A stretch of DNA of 64,000 nt from Octopus sinensis (lineage: Eukaryota). Position 1 is the first letter of the stretch. Each line of letters opens with the position of its first letter. Below are positions 52,745-64,000 of this stretch, piece after piece. Where the stretch lies: contig NC_043007.1 of assembly GCF_006345805.1 (NCBI RefSeq), positions 36,084,001 to 36,148,000 on the forward strand. The letters are read 5' to 3'. Below the pieces are notes generated by a model that saw nothing but the letters and a program-made list of their open reading frames with translations, searched no databases and was not told where the DNA came from. The position numbers and the translations under genes were made by a program.

Positions 52745-52912
52745 CCACTACACACATTTTTTTCTCTCCTTGTTTTCTCTGTGTCCCTTTCTGTAGAAGA
52801 CCATAGGCTCGAAACGTAAAAGACTTTTTCTATTCCTGAGAGTTATACTAATATTGTACACCACCTGTCTTCGTCTTTTGTTTTTTTTTGTAAACTCTCC
52901 CTATATATATAT
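52745..52912 (+). mobile_element. Penelope-type terminal remnant with a degenerate hammerhead-like motif (52787-52822)
   Basis: CTTT-CTGTAGA-agaccataggctc-GAAACGTA-AAAG; the 3' part is nearly identical to ~8763-8815. Confidence 0.55.
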
Positions 52913-53716
52913 ATATATATACATACACACACATATACTCACACACATACATAACACACACGTGTATATAATATACACACACACGTATATAATACACACT
53001 CATTCTCATTTACTCCCCACAGAATATATATGTATAGATTTTAGTCAACATTGTATTGATAGGTGTAAACATCTTACCTTTATATAAAATGCCTTTCTGG
53101 AGAGAAGAGGAGGAATCAGCTGAACTAGTTTCAGTCCTGTTTTGGAATGTTAATAACTGAATACACAGAGACATTGCTTATAGTCTTACAATTTAGCAAA
53201 CATAACAAGGTGAGTGAAGGGAAAAGGGAGAGAGTGAGAGTATGAGCTTGAGCGGCTTTGTAAAAAGAGATTTAAAATAGTTACCATGATTGATATGACT
53301 GATTAAAAGCTTTTTCAAAGCAGTGCCCCAGCCTGGCGGTAGTCCAATATGTAGAACAATTGAATAAGAACAGGAATGATTTTTATTCATAGATTTACTC
53401 AATCCGGACTGACCTGGGACAAAACAACAACCAATTAACTTGTATTACATATTGTATCTCATTCTCTAAATTGATTTGTGCCAGCACTCCAGCTACCACC
53501 ATCACCACCACCACTGTTAGTCTGTTTCACTTTTAGTTGTGGTCACTTTTTGTTTCGAATTTTAGTTTGCTTCTCAACCATGTGGTTTCAAGTTCAGTCC
53601 CACTGCATGACACCTTGGGCAAGTGTCTTCTACTATAGCCTTGGGCTGACCAAAGTCTTGTGAGTGAATTTGGTTGGTGGAATTTCAAGTCCACCATATA
53701 TATATTTATATATATA

Positions 53717-53917
53717 CAGTAATCCCTCAACAAGTGTTGCATCCCCACAAAAGGTGAAAATCTGCGAAGTAGAAACAGTACTGTACTATATATTTTTTTA
53801 ATTATTTTTATAATTTGTATATATTTTATTATAAATGCAAAACAACACCACAGAGAAATCAACGTAAGCTTAAATAATAAACCATAATAGGTGAACTATG
53901 ATATGGCGAGAGATTAC

Positions 53918-53919
<2 letters not shown>
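53717..53919. mobile_element. pogo/Tigger-like MITE
   Basis: TA|CAGTAATCCCTC ... GAGAGATTACTG ends. Confidence 0.7.
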
Positions 53920-53976
<57 letters not shown>

Positions 53977-53978
<2 letters not shown>

Positions 53979-54355
53979 AGCAAATCGCTCCCCCGTCCAA
54001 TGGGCGGTGCTGAGTTGTCAAACATTTAAACCAAATTTTCTCAAAACGACTTGCCTGACCGTCCCATAGGTCTCCCCTTTGAGAAACACTGATCTAACCT
54101 AAATTTGAGACACCAGCAAAAGAAGAAATAAAGATAGACTTTTTTTCTATTCCAAACTAAAACGATTTCCCATGGCTTTATCGATCGCATTCTCACCTGG
54201 AATCAATTTTTGTAATTTTTTCAAGACTTATACACACCCTGATACCGTCGGTATCTACATATCAAATTTCAGCGCAATCGGATGGAGGATGCCCGAGATC
54301 CTAGAAGACACACATACACACACACAGACAGACAGAACGAATTTTATATAAGAGA
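53977..54355 (-). mobile_element. Non-autonomous Helitron (CpG-rich)
   Basis: Minus strand A|TCTCTTATATAAAATTCG start, (TCTG)/(TG) microsatellite, subterminal CCGCCC-ATT-GGACGG hairpin; the 3' CTAG has decayed to CTTA. Confidence 0.65.
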
Positions 54356-54781
54356 TATATATATCATCATCGTCGTCATTTAATGTCTGTTGTCCATGCT
54401 GGCTTGGGTACGGATGGTGTGACCAGAACTGGCAAGTTGGAGAACTGCACCAGACTCGAGTCTGATTTTACATGATTTCTATGGCTGGATGCCCTTCCTA
54501 ATGCCAACCACTTTACAGAGTATGCTAGGTGCTTTTATGTGGCACCGCATGGGTATTTTTACGCAACACTGTACAGGCGATTTTATGTGGCCCCACCGTG
54601 AGTGCTTTTCACCACCAGAGGGACCAGTCTTAACACTTCTGCCATGACTGGTCCCTCTGGTGGTCAGATATATATATGTTTGTATCTACGGGTGAAAGTA
54701 TATGAGTCTTGTACTTCCTTTTAACTGCTTGTATTTCATCTTTTTCCTTACTTCTCTTATTGTTATTTCTGTCTGTTCCAG

Positions 54782-54984
54782 GGACATTCTTCTCTTAGAA
54801 GCAGGTTTTATCACCATTCTGGTAGCGCCGTTGAATATGTATATATTTTTCTGGAAAACAGCTCCATACCACCATCATGACAACATCACGCTGTTTCTCA
54901 TCAAATGGTTACTGTTTCGTTTGATGTTCGCTTCTGGTGTGGTCAAGTTGACCAGCATGTGTCCAACTTGGTGGGGATTAACAG
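54782..54984 (+). CDS. LMF2: LMF2 coding exon 5 (DILLLEAGF...[26 protein letters not shown]+A)
   Basis: ttcCAG acceptor; 203 nt; donor ACAG|GTATTT. Hallmark LMF motifs WDxLLLExGF and [21 protein letters not shown]. Confidence 0.97.
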
Positions 54985-56811
54985 GTATTTATCATCTTAA
55001 TCCTTTTCATATGACTGTTGTTGTTTTAACCTCATCTCAATCCTGATTAACACTTTTGATACCACCCTACCTGAGACCACTCCTGGATCTATGATACAAA
55101 CTTCCTGTTTTAACTCTTTAGCATATGTAGTACTTGGCTAGTAATTATTCTGCTGACCCGTGCTCCCTCTTTCCCACTAAAAGAATGGAAGTTAACCCTA
55201 AATGAATGAAAGGTAAAATTGACCTTGGCAAGATTTGAAATTAGAACCTTAAGAGCTGGAAATAATACAATGAAGTATTTTGTCCTCGACACTGATGTTT
55301 CTGCCAATCAGCACATATGATAATAATAATAATAATAATCCTTGCTACTAAAGGCACAAGGCCTGAAATTTGTGGGGAGGGGAGAAGTTGATTTCATTGA
55401 CTCTAGTATTTCACTTGTACTTAATTTATCGCCCCCCCCCCCAGGATGAAAGGTAAAATCGACCTCGGCAGGATTTGAACTCAGAATGTAGTGACAGACG
55501 AAATACTGCATGTATTTCATCCAGCATGCTAATGATTCTGCCAGTTAGCCACCTTAGTAGTAGCAGTAATAATAATAATCCTTTCTACTAAAGGCACAAG
55601 ACCTGAAATTTTAGGGTAGGGAACTAGTTGATTACATCAACCCCAGTGTTTCACTGGTACTTAATTTATCACCCCTGACAGGATGAAAGGTAAAGTTGAC
55701 GACCTTGGCGGAATTTGAACTCAGAGTGCAGCAATGGGCAAAATTCCACTAAGTATTTAGCCCAGCATGCTAATGATTCTGTCGGCTTGCCACCTTAAAT
55801 AATAATAATGTTAATTATGATGATTTATTTTACTGGCCACAAGAACCTAAGACATGAAGGGCAATATCAAAGAACAAGATAGAACACAAATAACAGGTGG
55901 GATTTACATCAATCAAAAGGAGGCACTACAGCATTAAAGGATTTATAAATAGGAGTTAGAGAAATAAATAATTAATAAATAGAGGTTGTTGCCACTGCTG
56001 CTGGACTGGCTCCTGTGCAGGTGGCATGTAAACAGCACCATTTGAGCGTGGCCATTGCCAGTACCGCCTGACTGGCCCTCGTGCCGGTGGCATGTAAAAG
56101 CACCCACTATACTCTTGGAGTGGTTGGCATTAGGAAGGGCATCCAGCTGTAGAAACTCTGCCAGGTCAGATTGGAGCCTGGTGCAGCCATCTGGTTCACC
56201 AGTCCTCAGTCAAATCGTCCGACCCATGCTAGCATGGAAAGCAGACGTTAAACAATGATGATGATGCAACTCACTTAAGGTAATTTGGGATAAACCCCAT
56301 ACAAAGTTCTCAAAATACTTTACCATCCTCCAAGGCGTGGGAAGTGCTGTTTTGCCACCCTTGTGCATCTTTTGATTAACCCCCTAGAAGTCAGCAACTC
56401 CCTCTCTACCCTCACCTTCCTCTTCAAATGATATCTGTAGAAAAATACTTGTTTTGAAACCTTTCAGACAGGTCCATCACACAGCCACTTTTGCCACAGT
56501 CGCTAAGTAAATTTTCTTTCAAATTCTTGGTACAAGGCCACAATTTAAAGGCAGTGGGTTAAGTCAATGAAAGGTAAAAGAAGACAAGATGAAATACCTC
56601 TAAGCATTTTGCCCAGTGTGCTAATGATTCTGTCAGCTCACCACCTTATAATGGTAATAATAATAATGCTTTCTAAAGAAATAAGTCTAATACATTTTGT
56701 AACACTAGAGAGGGATCGTTTGTTCAATCAGAAAAAAATAAAATATATAAATTTTTCATATTTTTCTGTTTCCATGTATTCTAAATTTTTTCCATTTTTT
56801 TCTTTACACAG

Positions 56812-56837
56812 CTCTCAATTACCATTTTGAATCGCAG
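56812..56837 (+). CDS. LMF2: LMF2 coding exon 6, 26-nt microexon (ALNYHFESQ)
   Basis: tttctttacaCAG|CTCTC...TCGCAG|GTAAGT. Matches the AL.YH.E.Q motif and restores frame between exons 5 and 7. Confidence 0.92.
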
Positions 56838-57714
56838 GTAAGTCTAAACAATGGTTTGGTTTAAGCTATTGATAGCATGAGTATATGTTGCTATTGTTGT
56901 ATTTTGAACACTGCTTAAGGTTCTGGGTTCAATTTTACTGTGCCCCACCATAGGCAAGTGTCTTTTACTATAATTGTGTCAACTCAAAAGTCAAGGTGGA
57001 GGGGTGGTTGTGTGGTAAGAAGTTTGTCTCCCAATCACATCGTTCTGGGTTCAGTCCCACTGCATGGCACATAGGACATGTGTCTTCTACTATTGCTTTG
57101 GTCTGACCAAAGCCGCAAGTGGATTTTGTCGGCAGAAACTGAAAGAAGCCCATTTTATATATATATATATATATGCATGCGTGTCTGTGTTTGTCTCCTG
57201 CTGCTTGACATCTCCCATAACTTAGCAGTTCAGCAAAAGGGTCCAATAAAATAAGTACCAGGCTTCAAATAAAAAAAAAAGTATTGGGGTCAGTTCGTCT
57301 GACTAAAAATTCAAGGCAGTGCCCCAGCATGGCCACAGTCTAATGACTGAAACAGGCAAAAGATAATGAAGCTGGGTATACAGAAATGGTATGGAAACCT
57401 GCTGGATGGACTGTACTTGTAATTCAATGGGCTTGTTTTGTCACAGCCATGTTTGGTTACACTGATCCTTCAAAGGGTTATGTTAAAGGTACATGTGCCT
57501 ATGGTGAAATACTCCATCACTTTTATTATAATACAAGGTGGACTATGCCTATAATTCAAAAGACTAGTGTTGTCACTCTCACATGCTGTGTCATGCTGAT
57601 TCTGCTTGAGAGAATATTAAGGGTACATTTGTCTGATAGATACACTGGTACGTACACATGTGTGGTACTTACACATCAGTTATACCATATGATGAACTGT
57701 ACTGTAATTGATCA

Positions 57715-58075
57715 CAAACGTGTGCACTCTCTATCCAACAGGCGCGTGCACTCCCTATCCCATGGGCATGCGCACTCCCTATCCCACATGCACATGCACT
57801 CCTTATCCCACATGCTCGCACATTCCCTCTCCCACAGGCATGCTCACTCTCTGTCCCACAGGCGCGCTCACTCTATGTCCCACAGGCATACTTGCTTTCT
57901 GCCCCACAGGCGCATGCACTCTCTGCCCCACAGGTGTGTGCAGCACTCTCTACCCCACAAGCGTGCGCACTCTCTGCCCCACAGGTGTGTGCAGCACTCT
58001 CTACCCCACAAGCGTGCGCACTCTCTGCCCCACGGGTGTGCGTACTCTCTGCTCCACAGGCACGCGCACTCTCAC
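57715..58075. repeat. ~24-26-bp minisatellite (CACAGGCGYRYGCACTCTCTRYCC-type)
   Basis: About 14 diverged units, including a near-exact 50-bp duplication; accounts for the overlapping His- or Cys/Pro-rich ORFs. Confidence 0.85.
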
Positions 58076-58465
58076 AAAAGAATATACTCTCAAACACATG
58101 CAAACACATACAAATGCACTTACACAAATGTACACTTGTGCAAGCTCATGTAAATTCACACTCACTTAGCACAAACACTTATAAAATGCTCACTGTATCA
58201 TCTTCATATCATCTGAGGATTACATTAAAGGTACACACTTCTGAAATATTCAATTGCTTATACTATAGTACACAATGAATATTCTTGTATTTGAGAGGGC
58301 CTGCTTTGCGACACACATTCTCTGTCATGTTGATTCTTCATGAGGACATGAACATCATGTAATCCCAGTTCCTCCTTCTTAGAGATCTGTATGGCTTTGT
58401 GACAATTTTATATATTTCAATGTTTATTTTTTCCATTAAAATTCTCTTTATGTTTTAAATTCCAG

Positions 58466-58618
58466 TGTATTCCAACTCAGCTAGCCTGGTTTACCCACCA
58501 TTTACCAAATTGGTTACTCCGAATAAGTGTCACCTTAACATATGTGATTGAAATTTTTCTGCCATTCCTATTCTTTTCTTCAATACGCCATCTACGAATG
58601 CTTTCATTCTATGCACAG
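58466..58618 (+). CDS. LMF2: LMF2 coding exon 7 (CIPTQLAWFTHHLPNWLLRISVTLTYVIEIFLPFLFFSSIRHLRMLSFYAQ)
   Basis: ttcCAG acceptor; 153 nt, phase 0-0; donor CAG|GTGAGT. LMF motif C.PT..AW..H.LP.W. Confidence 0.95.
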
Positions 58619-59410
58619 GTGAGTTCACTTTCAGTAATACTACATGGCACAAAATAATATTTTACAAATCCCAGAACTCCTACCTTCTGGTATTTGATTA
58701 AGTTTTTTTACATCCTGAGACAGGTGCAAGCATAGCTGTGTGGTTAAAATGCTTGCTTTCCATTTGTATAGTTATGGGTTCAGTCTCATAGCATGGCTCT
58801 TTGGACAACCCTGGGCCAACAAACATGAGGTAGTGAGTTTGATTCTTGGGATGAGCTGTGTTGTGTTCTTGAGCAAGACATTTTATTTCATGTTGCTCCA
58901 GTTCACATCACTGGTTCCATGTTGTATCAGCCCTTGCCTTTCCCTTGGATAACATCAGTAGCTGGTATGCATGTTGGTCTTCCATAAACAACCTTGCCTG
59001 GAATTGTGCCTTGGAGAGGAACTTTCAAGGTACATCTCTTGGTCGCGTGTGTGTGTGTGAGAGAAGGTACATGGCTTAGTGGTTAGGGTGTTGCACTCAC
59101 AAAACTGTAGTTTCAATACCCAGACTGGTAGCGCACTGAGATCTTGAACAAAATGCTTTCATTTCATGTAGCTCAGCTACAGATGAGTAACTCTGCGACA
59201 GACTGTTTTCAGTTCAGGGTTAATGTTAGCCTACCCACTTAGTCAGCAGCATTCAAAAGCTACAATATAAGAGGAAGCACATTGTGATCAATGGTGTATA
59301 ACTATCTGATATTCTGGTTGATACAGTGTGATACAATGTGTGTGTGTGATACAATGTGTGTGTGTCTGTGTATGTATGTGTGTGTATATATATATGAGTC
59401 TGATTTGAAA

Positions 59411-59474
59411 CCACCTGAAGAATGTCTACTACTCAAAGATGTGATGAAAAGAAGACATGAAACGATCGTAGTGG
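59411..59474 (+). ncRNA. Minimal type I hammerhead ribozyme motif (Penelope-type) in LMF2 intron 7
   Basis: CCAC-CUGAAGA-AUGUCU[25 nt]AGACAU-GAAA-CGAUCG-UA-GUGG: all core nucleotides present, stem I 4 bp, stem II 6 bp, palindromic stem III, GUA cleavage triplet. Activity untested. Confidence 0.75.
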
Positions 59475-59575
59475 ATATTAATAATTGTTAAATTTCTAAA
59501 TTATATAAATTAATTTATGTATTGGATTAAGTCTTTCTTTGTTTGATTTGCATAATAGTGGTTTTGTCTCTAATT

Positions 59576-59614
<39 letters not shown>

Positions 59615-60999
59615 GGAATAAAAATTCCGGCGTCACAGGTATTCAAATAAACTGAATTATTCTTGATAAGGAAATGTATGTCATTTAGAGATAGAAGACC
59701 CCATGCAATTCATCAAATTGCATGGGGACTTCTATCTCTAAATGACATATATATATTATATACACACATACATATAAAAAACATCCAGTCTGCATTATAA
59801 AATGGTTGGTGTTTGGAAGGGCATCCAGCAGTAAAAATCATACCAAAACTGACCCTGACTTTGCTGATGTCACATAAAAATTTCTCAGTCCATTCTGCAG
59901 AAAAGTTGGTGTTAGGAAGGGCATCCAGCCATATAAACCCTGCCAAAACAGCTACAGTAGTGTGGAGTAGTCTTCTACCTGGCCAGCTCTTGTCATCCAT
60001 CCTACCTATGCATGCATGGAAGACAATCACAAAACAATGATGGTGGTATATGTGTATTTATATTCCTTGTATTTTTAAGTGCTTTTCTGGCAGAATCTCT
60101 AGGCTTTTCGTTATTTCTCTCTTTCCAAGTTCACGATAAATGATCCAGATTTCTTGAAGTCAGAAACTTGCTTTTGCTGGCTCCTGTTAATAATCTAAAG
60201 CATCTTGTTATCAGCTATGTTGTAGACCATTATTATGAAAGCAGTGAGCTGGCAGAATTGTTAGCATGCTCGACAAAATGCTTTGTGGTATTTCATGTCA
60301 TTATTCCTGAGTTCAAATTCAGCTGAGGATGACCTTACCTTTCAGTCTTTCATGGTCTATAAAATAAGTACCAGTCAAGCACTGGGGTTGATGTAATCAA
60401 CTAACCCCCATCCCTCGTCTTTTCAGGGCTTGCACCTATAATACAAAGGGTTGTTATTATTAATATTAAAGCAATGAAGTGTCAGAGATAGAAGGGGATG
60501 AGACTAAATCATTTACCTGCTAGGTTGACCTTGTCTTTTATTCTTGAGGCATGAGGGTGGCCATGGAAGGTAAGTCCCAGCCATGTATGGGTGTCAATTT
60601 AATCAACTATACACCCAGGCCTATAAATGCATGACAAAGAAGCTTTTAAATGATTACTCCCACCTGCTAGAAAAAGCAGTTAAATGTCTCTCAGATCACA
60701 CCTTACCATATAAAAAAAACGACTTATGTTGTCTTAGATACACTATACTCAAGAAAAATGAAAAGGAAGATGGGATGGGTGAGAGCTGGAATGTCATCAG
60801 ATGTAGGTCTGTGCAAGTCAGAACAGACTGAAGGCCAAGTGAACAACAACAAACCCGGAACAATGTGTTTCTTTGTCTCAATGTAGGAAATCGGTACCAT
60901 ATGGCACCATGTTAAACATTAAAAGAAAATAAAGTTTTAAGGGAATATTTTCTGTTATTTCATTAGTTCTACAGCTAATTCCTAAAAATTTCACAGTAT

Positions 61000-61045
<46 letters not shown>

Positions 61046-61748
61046 ATGTTTTTTGTATTGTATGCATATCTGTGCATGCATCATCATCATCATCATCGTC
61101 GTTTAGCGTCTGTTTTCCATGCTAGCATGGGTTGGACGGTTCTACTGGGGTCTGTGAAGCCAGAAGGCTTCATCAGGCCCAGTCAAATCTGGCAGTGTTT
61201 CTACGGCTGGATGCCCTTCCTAACGCATATACATAAATATTTATTTATGATGTGTGTGTGTCTATTTCGTTCATGGGAAATATTTTGCATGCATATAAAG
61301 CTGTTTTATTATGTTGGCTGCAACCTAATGATACCAACTTGCAACAGTAGTTTTTTTGGTTTGTACTGAGCTGATAAACGTTGTAGTAGTAGTAGTAGCT
61401 GCCGTTGTCGTCCTCTTCCTCCATGGATGGAATTTATACATACTTTAATGCATCGCTATGAGCATTTCCACGAATCACATGTTTCTTATGACCATAGTCC
61501 ACATTCCTGGGACAATTACAGTACAATCTGTAATATCCTTGGACATCTTAGTTCATGCATTCATGTCTTCAGGCGATATAACATTTAAAGTTGGCAGTAA
61601 CGAATGTTTTAACTGAAAGATGCTTATCAATATTCACCAATCAAAAGCGTCATTGGGATGCATGTTTGCTATATTCCAGGTACATTCTATTGATATACAT
61701 TTCTGTAGACACCTGATGAGAATCCACTAAGGTTCAAAAATTAATTAA

Positions 61749-61939
61749 CCCTTTCGTTACTGTATTTATTTTGAGATGCTCTGTGTTTCTTTCAATTACT
61801 TTTAAATATAACATAGAGTTATCATTAAGCTTGTGTTAGGAACATAAATTGTGACTAAGATTTCAATTCAGAACTTTTTAAAACAAGATATTTGTACTCA
61901 GAGCCAGAGCTGGTTTCAGCCTGGTTGGTAATGAAAGGG
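61749..61939. mobile_element. piggyBac-like MITE with TTAA on both sides
   Basis: TTAA|CCCTTTCGTTAC ... GTAATGAAAGGG|TTAA. Confidence 0.85.
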
Positions 61940-62775
61940 TTAAGGCTGTTAGTTATTTTTTTTTCACTCGGGGCAAAATCAACTATTTCCCTACTATTTA
62001 TATATCTATTAAATAGATTACACACGCACACATTACTAAAGGATATTCATACAGTTTATTGCTATAATCTATTTCTATATTACTAATTGTCGTTGCTAGA
62101 GTTTGTTGGCAAAATGGTTAGCATGTTGGGCTCACAATCATGAGGTAGTGAGTTTGATGCCTGGGCTGTGTTGTGTTCTTGGGCAAGACACTTTATTTCA
62201 TGTTGCTCCAGTTTACTCAGCTGTAGAAATGAGTTGCTATGTTACTGGTGCCAAGCTATATCAGCCTTTGCCTTTCCCGTGAATAACATCTGTGGCATGA
62301 AGAGGGAAAGCTGGTATGCATGGGTGACTGATGCTCTTCCATAAACAACTTTGCCCCGGCTTGTGCCTTGGAGGGGAACAGTCTAGGTGCAATCCCAAAG
62401 TCATTCATGACCGAATGGGGTCTTTACCCCTGCCCTTTATATAATATATATTAATATCTATAATACATATATAATGAAAAAAGAAAAAAAACACTGTAGA
62501 CTGTGATAGTAAATAAAACAGATTTTAAATTTCCCTTGGATAACTTTGGTGGTGGGGAGAGGGGAGGCTAGTATGCATAGGTGACTGCTGGTCTTCCATA
62601 AGCAACCTTGCTTGATCTTGTGCCTCGGAGGATAACTTTCTAGGTACAATTCCATGGTCATTCAGGACTGAAGAGCATCTTTTTCCTTTTTTAGTTTGTT
62701 GTTCTAATCTGTTATTATATTGCTATGGTGGTATGGTCTGTTGTTATAATTGTGCTAATTTTTTTTTCTTGACAG

Positions 62776-62887
62776 GTACTTCTTCAAATAATGATAATTC
62801 TAACAGGAAACTACAATTTTTTCAATTTGCTTACAATTACACTGTGCATTTCATTAGTGGATGATGACTTTTTCAGGAAACGAATAA
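62776..62887 (+). CDS. LMF2: LMF2 coding exon 8 ([37 protein letters not shown]); gene continues beyond the window
   Basis: tttcttgaCAG acceptor; motif [13 protein letters not shown]; most likely donor A|GTAAGT at 62888 (an alternative GT at 62892 is weaker). Confidence 0.93.
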
Positions 62888-64000
62888 GTAAGTATTTGCG
62901 TTTTACAGGGCTTTTATATAAATTATATTACACATACAGACACACCCACACAGCTGTGTGGTTCAGAAGCTTCCCTACCATGTCGTCTTGAGACACCTTG
63001 GGCAAGTGTCTTCTATGATAGCCTCAGTCAGACTAAAACCATGAGAGTGGAATTAGTAGACAGAAACTAAAAGGAATCTGCTATTCACAAACATACATTG
63101 TATATTCTGTTCTTTTACTATTTTACTTGTTTCAGCCATTTGATTGTGGCCATGCTGGAGCACTGCCTTAAAGGGCTTTTGTCAAAGAAATTGACCTCTG
63201 GACTTTGTAAGCCTAGTACTTATTCTGTCAGGCTCGTTTGCTGTACTAAGTTACAGGGACCTAAACACACCAGCGTCAGTTGTCAAGCGATGGTGGGGCA
63301 AACACACACATACACAGATGTGTGTGTGTGTATGTACACATACATACATGATGGGCTTCTTTCAGTTTCCATCTACCAAATCCCCTCACTAGACTATGGT
63401 CGGCCTGAGGCTATAGTAGAAGACACTTGCTCAAGGTGCTACACAGTGGAACTGAACCTAGACTCATGTGGTTGTGAAACAAGCTTCTTACCACACAGCC
63501 ATAGCCATGCTTGCACCTATATGCATATAGTGTGTGTGTGTATATTCAAGTGTACCCTTGTCTTGACATCATGTAACAGTTGTAAATGAGCATCACCGTC
63601 ATACAAGTGGTGCTGTTCATTTGTTTCTATGGAAAACATGCCTCATCATGAGAAATGTTACTTTGTTTGGAAATAGGCGAGGGTTGTTGTTAGTAAAGGC
63701 ATCTGGCTATAGAAACCAAGCTGAAATAGTATGTACAAGTGAGGTAAAATGTGGTCCTGTAAGCTGTCTTGGAGAGCTATAATTCTAAATGAGGACTGAC
63801 TTGAACTGTGGCAACCCATCCTGCCCATGCCAGCATGGAAAGCAGACATAAAACAATGAAGATGTATCCATGTTTTCTGCCAGTACGGGGTGGACAGTTT
63901 GGAAGAATCCGATGGGTCCAAGGTGTGTCTGGTGTGGCATAATTTCTGCAGTTACTGGCACCTGTGCTGGTGGCATGTGTAAAAGATTTGAGCGTGGCCA

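Noticed and set aside
50702-55046. ORF-track starts and extensions around LMF2 exons (e.g. 50079..50417, 54702..55046, 62791..62991) as separate genes
   Set aside because: They are exon frames running into intronic sequence; splice signals define the true boundaries.

Overview
AT-rich, repeat-dense eukaryotic genomic DNA. The microsatellite load and the tRNA-SINE/MITE families suggest an octopod cephalopod (inference, not tested). The only host gene I can support is the 5' part of a lipase maturation factor 2 (LMF2) orthologue on the + strand: 8 coding exons from ATG 8394 to 62887 (871 nt, 290 codons plus 1 nt, open frame, all GT-AG), with a 38.1-kb first intron, continuing past the window end. 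The rest is largely a nested patchwork of mobile elements: tRNA-derived SINEs, RTE-type LINE fragments, three Tc1/mariner relics, a solo LTR, non-autonomous Helitrons, piggyBac-, hAT-, pogo- and Merlin-like MITEs, Penelope-type end remnants, and micro/minisatellites. The strongest oddities are: (1) a complete minimal hammerhead-ribozyme fold on the sense strand of LMF2 intron 7, with several decayed relatives; (2) a little-decayed RTE-type LINE with a 5' inversion whose target-site duplication doubles as the internal priming microhomology; (3) a 250-bp spacerless palindrome and a 141-bp inverted duplication in intron 1; (4) a full-length mariner ORF killed only at apparent CpG-containing Arg codons, matching an apparent CpG-rich to CpG-poor transition into the gene body. 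I found no novel protein-coding system; most listed ORFs are microsatellite artefacts. Coordinates of old repeats are approximate, and family names come from motif recognition, not database searches.
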